Positions 48,253 through 59,037 of a stretch of 64,000 nucleotides of DNA are shown here, piece after piece. Numbering within the stretch: the first letter of the stretch is position 1; every line of letters begins with the position of its first letter. A program made the position numbers and the translations under genes. Origin of the DNA: Anaerolineales bacterium (GTDB lineage: Bacteria; Chloroflexota; Anaerolineae; Anaerolineales; Villigracilaceae); NCBI GenBank assembly GCA_020847435.1, contig JADLBX010000018.1:2653-66652 (forward strand), given 5' to 3'. The notes beneath the pieces are model-generated. The model saw only the letters and a program-made list of their open reading frames with translations, made no database searches and had not been told where the DNA came from.

Positions 48253-50361
48253 TTACAACAACTCTTTTAATTCGGCGATTGTCGTGACGGGATTTTTGCA
48301 AACAAATCCTTCGCACACATACGCGGTCGGTTTTCCGTTTTTGAGTGGGCGGTCTTTCAACAAATCGGGCGCCTCGTCTGATGGGGGATAGGCGGACGCG
48401 GCGACGACGAGATTCGGTCGGTATGCGGATTCGACGACTCTCAGCAACTCCGACGCGTCCTCGCCGCCCGCTTCACTCACCAGGGCAACCTGCTTCACCT
48501 TCCCCAAAGCGAAATCCGCCGCCGACAGCCACCGCGCAAACGCGGTGGGGTAACGCGTTGCCATATTTGCCACTAGCCCTAATGATTTCTCGGCGAGGTC
48601 GCGATATTTGCCATCGTCGGTGAACGCGGCGAGCTTGAGCAATGCCTCGCACGCCAGCGCGTTGCCTGAAGGTGTCGCGTTATCTTGCACGTCTTTTGGT
48701 CGCACGAGCAACGCTTCGCCATCTTTTGCCGTATCGAAGAATCCGCCAGCGGGATCGTTGAACAGTTCGATCATGTCATCGGCAAGAGTCTTTGCTGAAG
48801 CGAACCATTTGTTATTGAAGTCTGTTTGATACAGTTCGAGCAATCCCAGAATCAGCGCGGCATAGTCTTCGAGGAAAACTTCGTCGGTCGTTTTACCCTC
48901 ACGCCAACTGTGTTTGAGCTTTCCATTCGGTCGCAGGTTGGATAGAAGAAATTCGGCGTTGCGGGTAGTCAAATTATAGAACATGTCATTGCGAATGGCG
49001 CCTTGGCGCCACGAAGCAATCTCCCTGCCTTCCTGGCTCGTAATAACGCGTGCGGCTTCTGCCAGCGTCGCGAGCATGAGTCCATTCCAAGAGGTGAGCG
49101 CCTTATCGTCCGTTCCGGGGCGGATGCGCGTTGCGCGCGCCGATAAAAGCTGGGAATGACAGTCGGCTAATTTGGCTGGGACAGTTTGAAGGTCCAGTTT
49201 GAAGCGGGCGGCGAGGGAGGCATCATCTAACGCGCGCTGTAGGACCGTTTTGCCCTCCCAGTTGCCCCGCGCAGTGATTCCGTACGCCGCTTCAAAAAAA
49301 TCGGAATCGTCTTTCAGAGTTGTGCGAATCTCGTCGAGCGCCCATACATAAAATTTTCCCTCTTCGCCTTCCGAGTCGGCGTCGAGTGATGAATAAAATC
49401 CGCCGTCAGGGTGAGTCATTTCGCGCGCGATGAATTCGAGCGATTCGATCACGATGCGTTTGAAAAATGGATCGCCCGTGATCTGCCATGCGTGAAGGTA
49501 CGCGCGCGTGAGCAGGGCGTTGTCGTAAAGCATTTTCTCGAAGTGCGGCACCCGCCAGAAATTGTCCACGCTGTAGCGCGAGAAGCCGCCGCCGACCACA
49601 TCATACATGCCGCCGCGCGCCATGGCGCGAAGAGCATGGAGCGAGGATTTGAGAATAGGAGAATTCTCCAATCCGCGTTTGTCAACCGTTGAGTCAATCG
49701 AGCGCAACGAGCGCCTCAGCAGGAACTCGATTGTCATTGGCTGTGGAAACTTTGGCGCCGAGCCCCAGCCGCCGTTGCCCCAGTCGTACGAGTCGAATAA
49801 ATTTTTTGCGGCGAGTTCCAGATGTTCGTGAGTAAATGCAGAATCGGATTGGATGCTGATGCTCAATGCTTGTTGCAAATGCTCCGACACTTCATTCCCG
49901 ACACGCGTGGCTTCGCTTTGTTGTTCTTTCCATGTGCGCGCGATGCCCGTCAGCACATCTTTGAAGGACGGCATGTTGTAGCGCGCAACGGGCGGAAAAT
50001 ACGTCCCCGTGAAAAACGGTTTGAGGTCTGGCGTGAGAAACACCGACATGGGCCAGCCGCCCGAACCTGTCATCGCGACCGTGGCTTGCATGTAGATCGC
50101 GTCGAGGTCGGGGCGTTCCTCCCGATCCACTTTGATGTTGACGAAGCGCTCGTTCATGAACGCGGCGGTTTCAGCGTCTTCAAACGATTCGTGCGCCATG
50201 ACGTGGCACCAATGACAGGCGGCATAGCCGATACTGAGGAAGATCGGTTTGTTTTCATTGCGCGCCTTTGCGAGCGCCTCTTCGCCCCATGGGAACCAGT
50301 CCACGGGGTTGTGGGCATGCTGTCGGAGATACGGGGAGTTGGATGTTGATAATCTGTTCAT
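48253..50361 (-). CDS. YyaL/SPATA20 family thioredoxin-domain protein
   Basis: [53 protein letters not shown]. Confidence 0.95.
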   Translation of the reverse strand: MNRLSTSNSPYLRQHAHNPVDWFPWGEEALAKARNENKPIFLSIGYAACHWCHVMAHESFEDAETAAFMNERFVNIKVDREERPDLDAIYMQATVAMTGSGGWPMSVFLTPDLKPFFTGTYFPPVARYNMPSFKDVLTGIARTWKEQQSEATRVGNEVSEHLQQALSISIQSDSAFTHEHLELAAKNLFDSYDWGNGGWGSAPKFPQPMTIEFLLRRSLRSIDSTVDKRGLENSPILKSSLHALRAMARGGMYDVVGGGFSRYSVDNFWRVPHFEKMLYDNALLTRAYLHAWQITGDPFFKRIVIESLEFIAREMTHPDGGFYSSLDADSEGEEGKFYVWALDEIRTTLKDDSDFFEAAYGITARGNWEGKTVLQRALDDASLAARFKLDLQTVPAKLADCHSQLLSARATRIRPGTDDKALTSWNGLMLATLAEAARVITSQEGREIASWRQGAIRNDMFYNLTTRNAEFLLSNLRPNGKLKHSWREGKTTDEVFLEDYAALILGLLELYQTDFNNKWFASAKTLADDMIELFNDPAGGFFDTAKDGEALLVRPKDVQDNATPSGNALACEALLKLAAFTDDGKYRDLAEKSLGLVANMATRYPTAFARWLSAADFALGKVKQVALVSEAGGEDASELLRVVESAYRPNLVVAASAYPPSDEAPDLLKDRPLKNGKPTAYVCEGFVCKNPVTTIAELKELL

Positions 50362-50448
50362 GGTTGTGTAATAACTTGATTATAGTCCAGAGGAAAGAAC
50401 CCATTCCTCTTTTGCGTCAAACCCATTAAATCTAAAACGGAGGATGCT

Positions 50449-51678
50449 ATGAACGAAGCAAAAGTCACAGTCTATGGCGCGTATTGGTGTCCCGATTGTC
50501 GCCGCGCGAAGAAATTTTTAGGGGAGAATTTTGTTCCGTATAAATGGGTTGACATCGAGCAGGACAAAGCCGCCGAGGAATATGTGCTGGAGCGTAACAA
50601 CGGCAAGCGCATCATCCCAACAATTGTGTTTGAAGACAATTCTTTTCTCGTCGAACCGTCCAATGCGGAGTTGGCGAAAAAACTGGGACTCAAAACGGAA
50701 GCGTCAAAGACGTATTACGATTTGAGCATCGTCGGCGGCGGGCCTGCGGGACTCACCGCCGCGATCTACGCTTCACGCGAAGGCGCGGATGTGTTGCTCG
50801 TCGAACGTTCGGGACTCGGCGGGCAGGCTGGGATCACAGTGGGACTCGACAACTTCCCCGGCTTCCCCGAGGGCATCAGCGGACAGGAGTTCTCCGACCG
50901 CGTGGCGCAACAGGCGCGGCGGTTCGGCGTCGAAATATTGCAAGCGGTGGATGTTGAACGCCTTGAGAATGAAGAAGGCTATCACGAAGTCTATACTTCC
51001 GATGGCAAACATTATCACTCGCTGGCAGTGTTAATCGCCGCAGGAGCCTCGTATCGCAGGCTGGAAGTCCCCGGCGAGGATGATTTCATCGGCGCGGGGA
51101 TTCACTTCTGCGCGACGTGCGACGGTCCGTTTTACAAAGGTTCGAAGGAGATCGTTGTGGTCGGCGGCGGTAATTCGGCGGTGGAAGAGGGCTTGCACCT
51201 CACCAACTTTACTGAGAAAGTGACTCTGCTCGTGCGCGGCGATAAACTGACGGCGAGCCAGATCGCCGTGGACAAAGTCAACGAGCTGAACTCGGGCGTG
51301 GATGTGAAGTACAACGTCATCGTGGACGCGTTCGAGGGGAAAGATTCAAAACTCAAGACGATCAAATATCACTTCAAGGGCAGCGACAAAATGGAGGAAG
51401 TCCATCCTGCCGCGGCGTTTATCTTTATCGGGCAAACTCCGAACACAAGCTTCCTGAAAGATTACGTGGAAATGGATAAATATGGATTTGTGTTGACGGG
51501 TCACGACCTCACACACGATGAACACGCCGAACATAAACCGCTTCCGTTCGAGGCCAACATTTCGGGAATTTTCGTCGCTGGCGACGCGCGGCATGGGAGC
51601 ACGAAGCAAGTTGCCTCAGCGGTAGGCGAAGGCGCAGCGGCTTCGATCTCGATAAGGGAGTTTTTGCGGAGAAGCTAG
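50449..51678 (+). CDS. Glutaredoxin-like (CPDC) domain fused to thioredoxin reductase
   Basis: WCPDC...IPT; GGGPAG, FCATCDG, GGGNSA, AGD, QVASAVGEG. Confidence 0.92.
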   Translation: MNEAKVTVYGAYWCPDCRRAKKFLGENFVPYKWVDIEQDKAAEEYVLERNNGKRIIPTIVFEDNSFLVEPSNAELAKKLGLKTEASKTYYDLSIVGGGPAGLTAAIYASREGADVLLVERSGLGGQAGITVGLDNFPGFPEGISGQEFSDRVAQQARRFGVEILQAVDVERLENEEGYHEVYTSDGKHYHSLAVLIAAGASYRRLEVPGEDDFIGAGIHFCATCDGPFYKGSKEIVVVGGGNSAVEEGLHLTNFTEKVTLLVRGDKLTASQIAVDKVNELNSGVDVKYNVIVDAFEGKDSKLKTIKYHFKGSDKMEEVHPAAAFIFIGQTPNTSFLKDYVEMDKYGFVLTGHDLTHDEHAEHKPLPFEANISGIFVAGDARHGSTKQVASAVGEGAAASISIREFLRRS

Positions 51679-51694
51679 TAGGTTCATTTTTTCC

Positions 51695-51752
51695 TTGACA
51701 AAATAGTATCCGTTGATGTAATATGCAGGCGAACGTTCGCACGAACGTTCGC
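51695..51752 (+). promoter_or_regulatory. sigma70 promoter and tandem LacI-family operator
   Basis: TTGACA at 51695, TAATAT at ~51719; GCGAACGTTCGC and ACGAACGTTCGC at 51729-51752. Confidence 0.75.
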
Positions 51753-51760
51753 CTAATTCA

Positions 51761-52771
51761 ATGGCAACACAAATCACTCTAAAGTCAGTTGCAGCCCGTG
51801 CTGGTGTGAGTTACCAAACCGTCTCAAAGGTATTGAACGGGCGGCTGGAAGTCTCGCAGGACACGCATCAGCGCATTCTGGATGCGGTCCGCGACCTTGG
51901 GTATCGTCCCAACCACATTGCGCGCAACATGCGGGTCAAGCGCAGTTTTATGATTGGATACTCGTGGGCGCGGATCTCGCCCGATCAGGTAAATCAAATC
52001 CTCGACCAATTTTTGACGAGTATGGTCAGTGAAGCGGAGGCGGCAGGTTATCACTTGTTGCCTTTTCAGTTCCGTGAGGGACACGTGGAAGATTATCGCG
52101 AGTTAATTGACACGGGGCGAGTAGATGGATTTGTGCTGTCGAGTGTTGAGTACGATGATCCCCGCATCGAATTCCTGTTGGAACGAAATTTCCCTTTTGT
52201 CGCGTTTGGGCGTTCCAACCCGCAGTTAGATTTTCCTTATGTGGATGTGAACGGCGCGGATGGGGTGCGTCAGGCGACAGAACATCTTATCGAAAGCGGA
52301 CACCGTCGTATTGCCGCAGTCGCATGGCCCCTTGACTCGCGCGTTGGTAACGACCGTATGGAAGGGTACGCCCAATCAATGAAAGCGGCTGGATTGGACA
52401 TAAACCCAAAATGGATCGAGCGCGGGGAAGGCACCTTCGAATTTGGTCGCGAAGCAACTTCGCGTTTGTTGGAATTATCTGATGCCGAACGTCCTACCGC
52501 GCTCATTGCGTGGAATGATACTCAGGCAATTGGGGCTTTGCACGCGGCTCGCGAGCGCGGCGTCGAAGTTGGACGAGATTTTTCTATTATCGGATTCGAT
52601 GACGCGCCTATGTCGCAATATCTCTTTCCCCCATTAACCACAATCCGTCAGCCGATTCGCGAGGCTGGACGAAAATGCGTGGAGATTTTGGTATCTCAAG
52701 TGGAAGGCAAGCCGATCAAAGAAAGGCAGATCGTCCTTCCGCCAGTCTTGATCAAACGAGCTTCGGCATAA
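51761..52771 (+). CDS. LacI family transcriptional regulator
   Basis: TLKSVAARAGVSYQTVSKVLN, YRPN..AR, GFDD, LTTIRQP. Confidence 0.96.
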   Translation: MATQITLKSVAARAGVSYQTVSKVLNGRLEVSQDTHQRILDAVRDLGYRPNHIARNMRVKRSFMIGYSWARISPDQVNQILDQFLTSMVSEAEAAGYHLLPFQFREGHVEDYRELIDTGRVDGFVLSSVEYDDPRIEFLLERNFPFVAFGRSNPQLDFPYVDVNGADGVRQATEHLIESGHRRIAAVAWPLDSRVGNDRMEGYAQSMKAAGLDINPKWIERGEGTFEFGREATSRLLELSDAERPTALIAWNDTQAIGALHAARERGVEVGRDFSIIGFDDAPMSQYLFPPLTTIRQPIREAGRKCVEILVSQVEGKPIKERQIVLPPVLIKRASA

Positions 52772-52958
52772 AAATACCCCGGCTCGGATTCATTCGGCGT
52801 TCGCAGGTCACTTTTCCGGGCGGCATGCGTTCACCTCAAATTTCACACCTACGAAAGGAGGTGAAACTCGTTATCCAAAACCAGGGCTCTCCGTTTTTAC
52901 CATAGATTCGATAATTTGCAAAACCAACCATGCAACACCATTCGAAAGGAAAACGAAT

Positions 52959-54266
52959 ATGAAACACCTATCAAAAATCATGACCCTCGTTTGCTTGGCT
53001 GCGATTCTGTTAACAGCCTGCGGCGCGCCGGCGACGCCTCAAACGATCACGGTCAAGGAAACCGTCACGGTGCCTGAAACGCAGATCGTTGAGGTTCCGG
53101 CAAAGCAAACGGTAGTGCGTCTTTCCGGCTGGGCGTCCAGTCCATCGGAAACGGCGTTGCTTGAATCTCTGTTGTATCGATTCTCCGTCGAAAACCCGGA
53201 CATTCAAGTCAAATATGAACCGATCACAGGCGATTACAAACAAGCCTTGTTGACTTCCATTGCGTCGGGCACAGAGCCTGATATTTACTACATCGATATT
53301 TTCTGGTGGCAGGAGCTTGCTAAGAACGGCGTTCTTCTCCCGATGGACGATCTGGGCGTAAACCGCGACGCGTTCGTGCCGTCGTTGATCGACGCGTTTA
53401 CGTTCGACGGCAAGACCTATGGAGTCCCGAAGGATTTCAATACACTGGGCATGTTCTATAACAAGGACCTCTTCGATAAAGCCGGTTTGGAATATCCTAC
53501 CGACGATTGGACATGGGATAATCTCAAAGAAGCCGCCGCGAAGTTGACCGATCTATCGGATTCTACAAAACCTGTGTATGGCTTCTGCACGCCTCCTGAC
53601 CCCGGTCGTTTCCCTGCCTTCGTTTTCCAAAACGGCGGTACGGTTATGAATGCAGACAATAGCGATACGACCCTGGACAGCGATGCCGCCGTTCAAGCCG
53701 CTGATTTCTATACCAGTTTCCGCGCGGAGAAGATCGGCGCGACCCCCGCAGATTTAGGCGAGGGTTGGCAAGGCACCGTCTTTGGCAAGGGACAATGCGC
53801 CATGGTGTATGAGGGAGGTTGGTTAATCCCGTACTTGCGCGATCAATTTCCCGGAATAAAATACGGCGTGGTTATGCCTCCGGCTGGACCGGCGGGCGAG
53901 GGCAACTTGATCTTCACGGTGGCGTGGGGAATCTCGGCGAATACGAAAAACCCCGATGCCGCTTGGCGCGTGGTTGACTTCTTGACCAATGAAGCCAGCC
54001 AAACGACCGTCATGGAGAGCGGCTTCGCTCTTCCATCTCTTGCGTCCTTGCAGGGCAGCGATTACTTCAAGAACAACCCGAATAGCGCCGCGATTTTCAA
54101 CGGAGCCTTCAACGGCGCTCATCCCTTCTTCTGGGGCGCGGTGGGTTCCGACGTCAATGACGAAATGGGCAAAGCGCTGGAGCGCATCTTCAAAGAGAAT
54201 CAGGCTGTCGCCGATTCGCTAAAAGCGGCAAGCGAAGCCATCCGCAAGGCGATAAAGGAACAGTAA
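52959..54266 (+). CDS. Sugar ABC transporter substrate-binding lipoprotein
   Basis: Lipobox LTAC; DGKTYGVP, FYNKDLF, WTWD. Confidence 0.93.
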   Translation: MKHLSKIMTLVCLAAILLTACGAPATPQTITVKETVTVPETQIVEVPAKQTVVRLSGWASSPSETALLESLLYRFSVENPDIQVKYEPITGDYKQALLTSIASGTEPDIYYIDIFWWQELAKNGVLLPMDDLGVNRDAFVPSLIDAFTFDGKTYGVPKDFNTLGMFYNKDLFDKAGLEYPTDDWTWDNLKEAAAKLTDLSDSTKPVYGFCTPPDPGRFPAFVFQNGGTVMNADNSDTTLDSDAAVQAADFYTSFRAEKIGATPADLGEGWQGTVFGKGQCAMVYEGGWLIPYLRDQFPGIKYGVVMPPAGPAGEGNLIFTVAWGISANTKNPDAAWRVVDFLTNEASQTTVMESGFALPSLASLQGSDYFKNNPNSAAIFNGAFNGAHPFFWGAVGSDVNDEMGKALERIFKENQAVADSLKAASEAIRKAIKEQ

Positions 54267-54329
54267 ACCGAATCAGTTTTCAAAAGGAGGGAGGCGGGTT
54301 TCCCCGTCTCCCTCCCAGTTGGAGGCGCG

Positions 54330-55217
54330 ATGCAGGCGAAATTCAGTCGGAAGAAAATTACAGAAGCGGTCACAGGGTATCTGTTTCTTTCGCCATGGCT
54401 TTTCGTTTTTATTGTTTTCAGCGCTTTTTCGTTGGGCTACGCCCTTTACCTTTCCTTTACGGATTACAACCTGCTAAAACCGCCCGTGTGGTGGGGCTGG
54501 GAAGGCTATGCCCGCGTCTTCGATAACGACCTCTTCCTTACGAAGGCATTGCCCAACACTTTTAAATATGTCCTTATCGTGGTGCCAATTCAGACCGCTA
54601 TTAGTTTGGTTCTGGCTTTTGCCATGGATCAAAACCTGCGGTTCAGAAAATTTTTTCGCACGGTTTTCTATCTGCCATCCGTTACTTCTTCCGTCGTTAT
54701 CTCCCTGATTTTCGTCTGGCTGTTTGCTCCACAGGGCATCTTCAACCAGATCACCAGCCTAACCATCAACTGGTTGGACGATCCGAAATATGCCTTTTAC
54801 GTGATCATGGGCATGAACATCTTTACGACCAGTGGCACATTGATGCTGATATTTTTGTCGGGCTTGCAAGACATCTCTCCCGCGATCTACGAAGCCGCCC
54901 AAATTGACGGCGCCGACCCGATCCAGATCTTTTTCAAGGTCACGATACCCATGCTGCGCCCGGTCATCTTTTTTGTAGTTACTGTGGGAGTCATCGGATG
55001 TTTCCAAGTGTTCGACCAGATTTTTGTAATGACCAAAGGAGGTCCTCTGGATAGCACGACCACCCTGACGTATCTAATTTACAAATGGGCTTTCCGGGAT
55101 ACGACAATCAAGATGGGACAGGCTTCCGCATTGGCTGTGATTTTGACCCTGATCATTTTGGTTGTAACATTTGTCCAACGCCGCGTGATCGAAGGAAGCG
55201 GTTCGACTACGCAATAG
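54330..55217 (+). CDS. Sugar ABC transporter permease
   Basis: GYLFLSP, YEAAQIDGA (EAA motif), FQVFDQIF. Confidence 0.95.
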   Translation: MQAKFSRKKITEAVTGYLFLSPWLFVFIVFSAFSLGYALYLSFTDYNLLKPPVWWGWEGYARVFDNDLFLTKALPNTFKYVLIVVPIQTAISLVLAFAMDQNLRFRKFFRTVFYLPSVTSSVVISLIFVWLFAPQGIFNQITSLTINWLDDPKYAFYVIMGMNIFTTSGTLMLIFLSGLQDISPAIYEAAQIDGADPIQIFFKVTIPMLRPVIFFVVTVGVIGCFQVFDQIFVMTKGGPLDSTTTLTYLIYKWAFRDTTIKMGQASALAVILTLIILVVTFVQRRVIEGSGSTTQ

Positions 55218-55225
55218 GAACTAAC

Positions 55226-56158
55226 ATGTCGGCGCTTACCAGCAACCAACCACGAAATATTCGCAATGAACGTTTGCTGACGATCTGGGGTCGTTTAAAA
55301 ACGCCGTTCTTTTATACTCTGCTCGTATTTTGGGGGTTGGTCTGCCTCTCGCCGTTGTATTTCACTCTGGTTTACTCGTTGAAGCCGGTTGCAAACGCTT
55401 ATATTCCTCCCATCTGGTGGCCCACGCCGTTCACCTTCGATAACTACCGGACCGTATTTGAATCGTTCGATCTTTTTCCCCGTTGGCTATATAACAGCGC
55501 GTTCATCGCCGTGACTGTGACTATCTTGCGCGTACTCTTTTGCGCCATGGCGGGCTACGCCTTCGCGCGCATCGAATTTCCCCTCAAGAATTTTTTATTC
55601 ACCGCTTTGTTGGTCTCCATGATGATGCCGAGTGTGGTTACGCTCATTCCGAAATTCCTGATCATCGGACCGGGCTTCATCAAAGGCGGAATCGACGTCG
55701 GACCGTTCCACATTCCCACTGGTTTCAACTTGATTGACAGACTCGGAGGCGTGATTCTTCCAACGGCGATTGAAGCCTTTGGCGTGTTTATGATGACCCA
55801 GTTTTACAAATCCTTTCCGCGAGAGTTGGAAGAAGCCGCGATGATGGACGGCTCGGGTCGCTGGAGCGCTTTTTTCAGAGTCGTTTTGCCGGTCAGTCAG
55901 ACTCAGTTGATTACGCTGGCATTGCTCACTTTTCAAGGCGAATGGAATCGCTTTATGGAGCCTTTGGTGATCTTGCGCAGTCCCGAAAACTTTACCCTGC
56001 CGTTGGGATTGCAGTGGTTTCGCGGCGAGTATTACACGCTTTATTCGGTGATTCTTGCAGGGTCGCTATTCAACACCATTCCCATTTTGATATTGTTCTT
56101 TTTGTTTCAACGCTATTTTATCCGAGGCATTGCGACCTCGGGTTCAAAGGAAGGATGA
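55226..56158 (+). CDS. Sugar ABC transporter permease
   Basis: MAGYAFAR, PRELEEAAMMDG, FQRYFIRGI. Confidence 0.95.
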   Translation: MSALTSNQPRNIRNERLLTIWGRLKTPFFYTLLVFWGLVCLSPLYFTLVYSLKPVANAYIPPIWWPTPFTFDNYRTVFESFDLFPRWLYNSAFIAVTVTILRVLFCAMAGYAFARIEFPLKNFLFTALLVSMMMPSVVTLIPKFLIIGPGFIKGGIDVGPFHIPTGFNLIDRLGGVILPTAIEAFGVFMMTQFYKSFPRELEEAAMMDGSGRWSAFFRVVLPVSQTQLITLALLTFQGEWNRFMEPLVILRSPENFTLPLGLQWFRGEYYTLYSVILAGSLFNTIPILILFFLFQRYFIRGIATSGSKEG

Positions 56159-56218
56159 AGGTCAATTCAACATGCCCGCGCTCTTGTGTCGTTGACAGGG
56201 TGGGCGCCTATCTCAGCC

Positions 56219-58378
56219 ATGTGGACAATTTCAGAAAACTCGTTTACCGCGGAAACACAACGCCATAAAGAAACCATTTTCACAATTGGGAATGGATACC
56301 TTTCGACCCGCGGCGCTTTGGAGGAAGGTTATCCCAATGAAAGCCGCGCCACGTTTGTGCACGGCGTCTTCGACGATGTACCGATCGCGATCACAGAATT
56401 AGCGAACGCGCCAGATTGGTTATCGTTCAACGTGTTACTGAACGGCGAACGATTCTCGCTGGATAGCGGCACGATTCTCAAATTTGAACGAGTCTTGGAT
56501 TTGCGGACGGGCGTCTTGACGCGTACTGTCCGATGGAAATCTCCCAGCGGATTGATCGCGGCGTTCAAGTTTGAGCGCTTCGCCTCTCTCGCGGACGAGC
56601 ATCTGCTCTGCCTCCGTTGTGTAGTGACTCCCGAATTCGACGGCGCTGTCGAAGTTCGCGCTGCTCTCAACGGCAACACGGATAACGAAGGATTGGCGCA
56701 TTGGCGTTGGATGAGTCAGTCGCAGCGTGATTTGGATGATGGACAGCAAGCGGTTCACTTGCATAGCCGCACTCGGATGAGCGGCATTGACCTCATCCTT
56801 GCCATGCGACTTTGCGCTTCATCCCCCCTTCAGCCTGATTACTGGGACGTGGAAAGTATCCCCACCTTGAGGCAGGTCTTCGATGCGCGACGCGGCGAGA
56901 CGATTGCGGTGACCAAGTTTGTGGGAGTCGCAACGTCCCGTGATTCCGAGTCGCCGCTCGCGCTTGCGTTGGAGCGCGTCGCTAAACCTTCAAGTTGGGA
57001 AAAAGCCCTCGAAGAGCAGAGGCAGGCTTGGGCGGAGGAATGGAAGCGTACCGACGTCACGATTGAGGGCGATGACGAGGCGCAAATCGCCGTCCGCTTT
57101 AGCCTGTTCCAATTGCTCATCGCCGCGCCGCGCAACGACCCGCGCGTGAACATCGGCGCCAAGACGCTTTCGGGATTCGGTTATCGCGGTCATGCGTTTT
57201 GGGATACCGAGATTTACATGTTGCCAGTTTTTACATTCACCGCACCGCATGTGGCGCGCAACTTGCTTGAATATCGTTATCTGACGTTGAGCGCCGCGCG
57301 CGATAAAGCGCGTGAATACGGCTACGAAGGCGCTTGGTTCGCATGGGAGAGCGCCGACACGGGCGAGGAAGTGACGCCGATGTGGGTGCCCGATTTCCGC
57401 GACAAAAGAAAATTAGCGCGTGTGTGGACTGGCGACCATGCGATCCACATTTCGGCAGATGTGGCTTTTGGGACGTTTCAATATTGGCGCGTCACGGGCA
57501 ACGACGAGTGGTTTTCTCGGCAGGGAGCGGAGTTGATTTTGGATACTGCGAAATTTTTTGCATCGCGCGCGGAGTGGCAGGAGGCACGCGGCTGTTACGC
57601 GTATTCCGATGTGATCGGTCCTGACGAATATCATGACCGAGTGGATAACAATTTGTACACGAATCGTTTGGCGCAATGGAATCTAACGACCGCGCTGGAT
57701 GTATTGGAGTGGCTGAGGACGCATCACCCCGAGAAAGCGGATGACTTGATTCAGTCTCTTGACCTGAGCGAAGCGCGTTTGGCAAAATGGCGAGAGGTGG
57801 CTGAGAAAATTTATCTCGGCGTTCGCCCCGATGGATTGATGGAACAGTTTGAAGGTTACTTCAAACTCAAAGATGTAAATCTTGCCGACTACGAACCGCG
57901 GACGAAATCCATGCACGAAATCTTCGGGTTTGAAGGCGCCAACGAATATCAAGCCATTAAACAACCCGATGTGCTGATGCTGTTCCACATGCTCCGTGAA
58001 GATTATTCGGATGAGGTGATCCGTGTTAATTATGATTATTACAACACGCGCACCGACCACACCTTCGGTTCGTCGCTGGGACCTTCGATACAGGCGATCG
58101 TCGCCTGCATGATGGGCTACCCCGACGACGCGTATGAACACTTCATTCGCGCCGCCCGCGCCGATCTGCGTGACGTGCGCGGCAACGCCAAAGATGGAAT
58201 CCATGCCGCTTCGGCGGGCGGAACGTGGCAGGCGGTCGTTTTCGGTTTCGGAGGCTTGCGGTTAACCTCCAGCGGTTGGGAGGCTCATCCGCAATTGCCC
58301 AAACATTGGAAGCGGCTCTCGTTCCGATTCATCCATCGAGGCGAACTGCAAACCGTTGATCTTCATAATCCAAAATAA
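56219..58378 (+). CDS. GH65 disaccharide phosphorylase (kojibiose/maltose/trehalose type)
   Basis: ETIFTIGNGYLSTRG, YRGHAFWDTE, VIGPDEYH, IKQPDV, SSL, GIHAAS. Confidence 0.94.
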   Translation: MWTISENSFTAETQRHKETIFTIGNGYLSTRGALEEGYPNESRATFVHGVFDDVPIAITELANAPDWLSFNVLLNGERFSLDSGTILKFERVLDLRTGVLTRTVRWKSPSGLIAAFKFERFASLADEHLLCLRCVVTPEFDGAVEVRAALNGNTDNEGLAHWRWMSQSQRDLDDGQQAVHLHSRTRMSGIDLILAMRLCASSPLQPDYWDVESIPTLRQVFDARRGETIAVTKFVGVATSRDSESPLALALERVAKPSSWEKALEEQRQAWAEEWKRTDVTIEGDDEAQIAVRFSLFQLLIAAPRNDPRVNIGAKTLSGFGYRGHAFWDTEIYMLPVFTFTAPHVARNLLEYRYLTLSAARDKAREYGYEGAWFAWESADTGEEVTPMWVPDFRDKRKLARVWTGDHAIHISADVAFGTFQYWRVTGNDEWFSRQGAELILDTAKFFASRAEWQEARGCYAYSDVIGPDEYHDRVDNNLYTNRLAQWNLTTALDVLEWLRTHHPEKADDLIQSLDLSEARLAKWREVAEKIYLGVRPDGLMEQFEGYFKLKDVNLADYEPRTKSMHEIFGFEGANEYQAIKQPDVLMLFHMLREDYSDEVIRVNYDYYNTRTDHTFGSSLGPSIQAIVACMMGYPDDAYEHFIRAARADLRDVRGNAKDGIHAASAGGTWQAVVFGFGGLRLTSSGWEAHPQLPKHWKRLSFRFIHRGELQTVDLHNPK

Positions 58379-58387
58379 TTTCGTCAA

Positions 58388-59035
58388 ATGACTATTAAAG
58401 CCTTCATCTTTGACCTGGACGGGGTTTTGGCGGACACCACCGAATATCATTATCGCGGCTGGAAGTATGTGGCGGATGAGGAAGGAATCCCCTTTACGCG
58501 CGAAGAGAACGAGCGGCTGCGCGGGATTCCTCGGCGCGAGTCGTTGGAGTTGATTTTGAAGGGGAGAACATACCCCGAAGATAAAATTCAAGCCCTGATG
58601 GCGAAGAAGAACGAACATTATCTGGAACTGCTGCGCGAGATTCGTCCAAGAGATGCGCTCCCCGGCGCGCGCGAACTGCTTGAGGAGATTCGGCGCGCGG
58701 GATTGAAGTCCGCGCTGGGCTCCGCCAGTAAGAATGCCCGTTTTGTGATCGAGCGCTTGGGAATCGCTGATTTGCTCGACGCAATTTCGGACGGGAATAG
58801 CGTGGAGCGGCAGAAACCCGCGCCCGATTTATTTTTGCGCGCGGCTAATCAATTGGGCTTGCCGCCGCGCGAGTGCGTTGTTGTGGAGGATGCCGCCGCA
58901 GGAATTGAAGCCGCTCGTGCAGGCGGTTTTCGCTCAGTTGGTTTGGGTCCGCGAGAACGCGTCGGGGAAGCCGAAGCGGTTTTTCCATCGCTTGAAAACG
59001 TGAAATTAAACGATTTGCTTACGGCGTTAAAGTAG
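58388..59035 (+). CDS. pgmB: Beta-phosphoglucomutase
   Basis: FDLDGV, SASKNA, KPAPD, VEDAAAG; follows the GH65 gene. Confidence 0.92.
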   Translation: MTIKAFIFDLDGVLADTTEYHYRGWKYVADEEGIPFTREENERLRGIPRRESLELILKGRTYPEDKIQALMAKKNEHYLELLREIRPRDALPGARELLEEIRRAGLKSALGSASKNARFVIERLGIADLLDAISDGNSVERQKPAPDLFLRAANQLGLPPRECVVVEDAAAGIEAARAGGFRSVGLGPRERVGEAEAVFPSLENVKLNDLLTALK

Positions 59036-59037
59036 AT

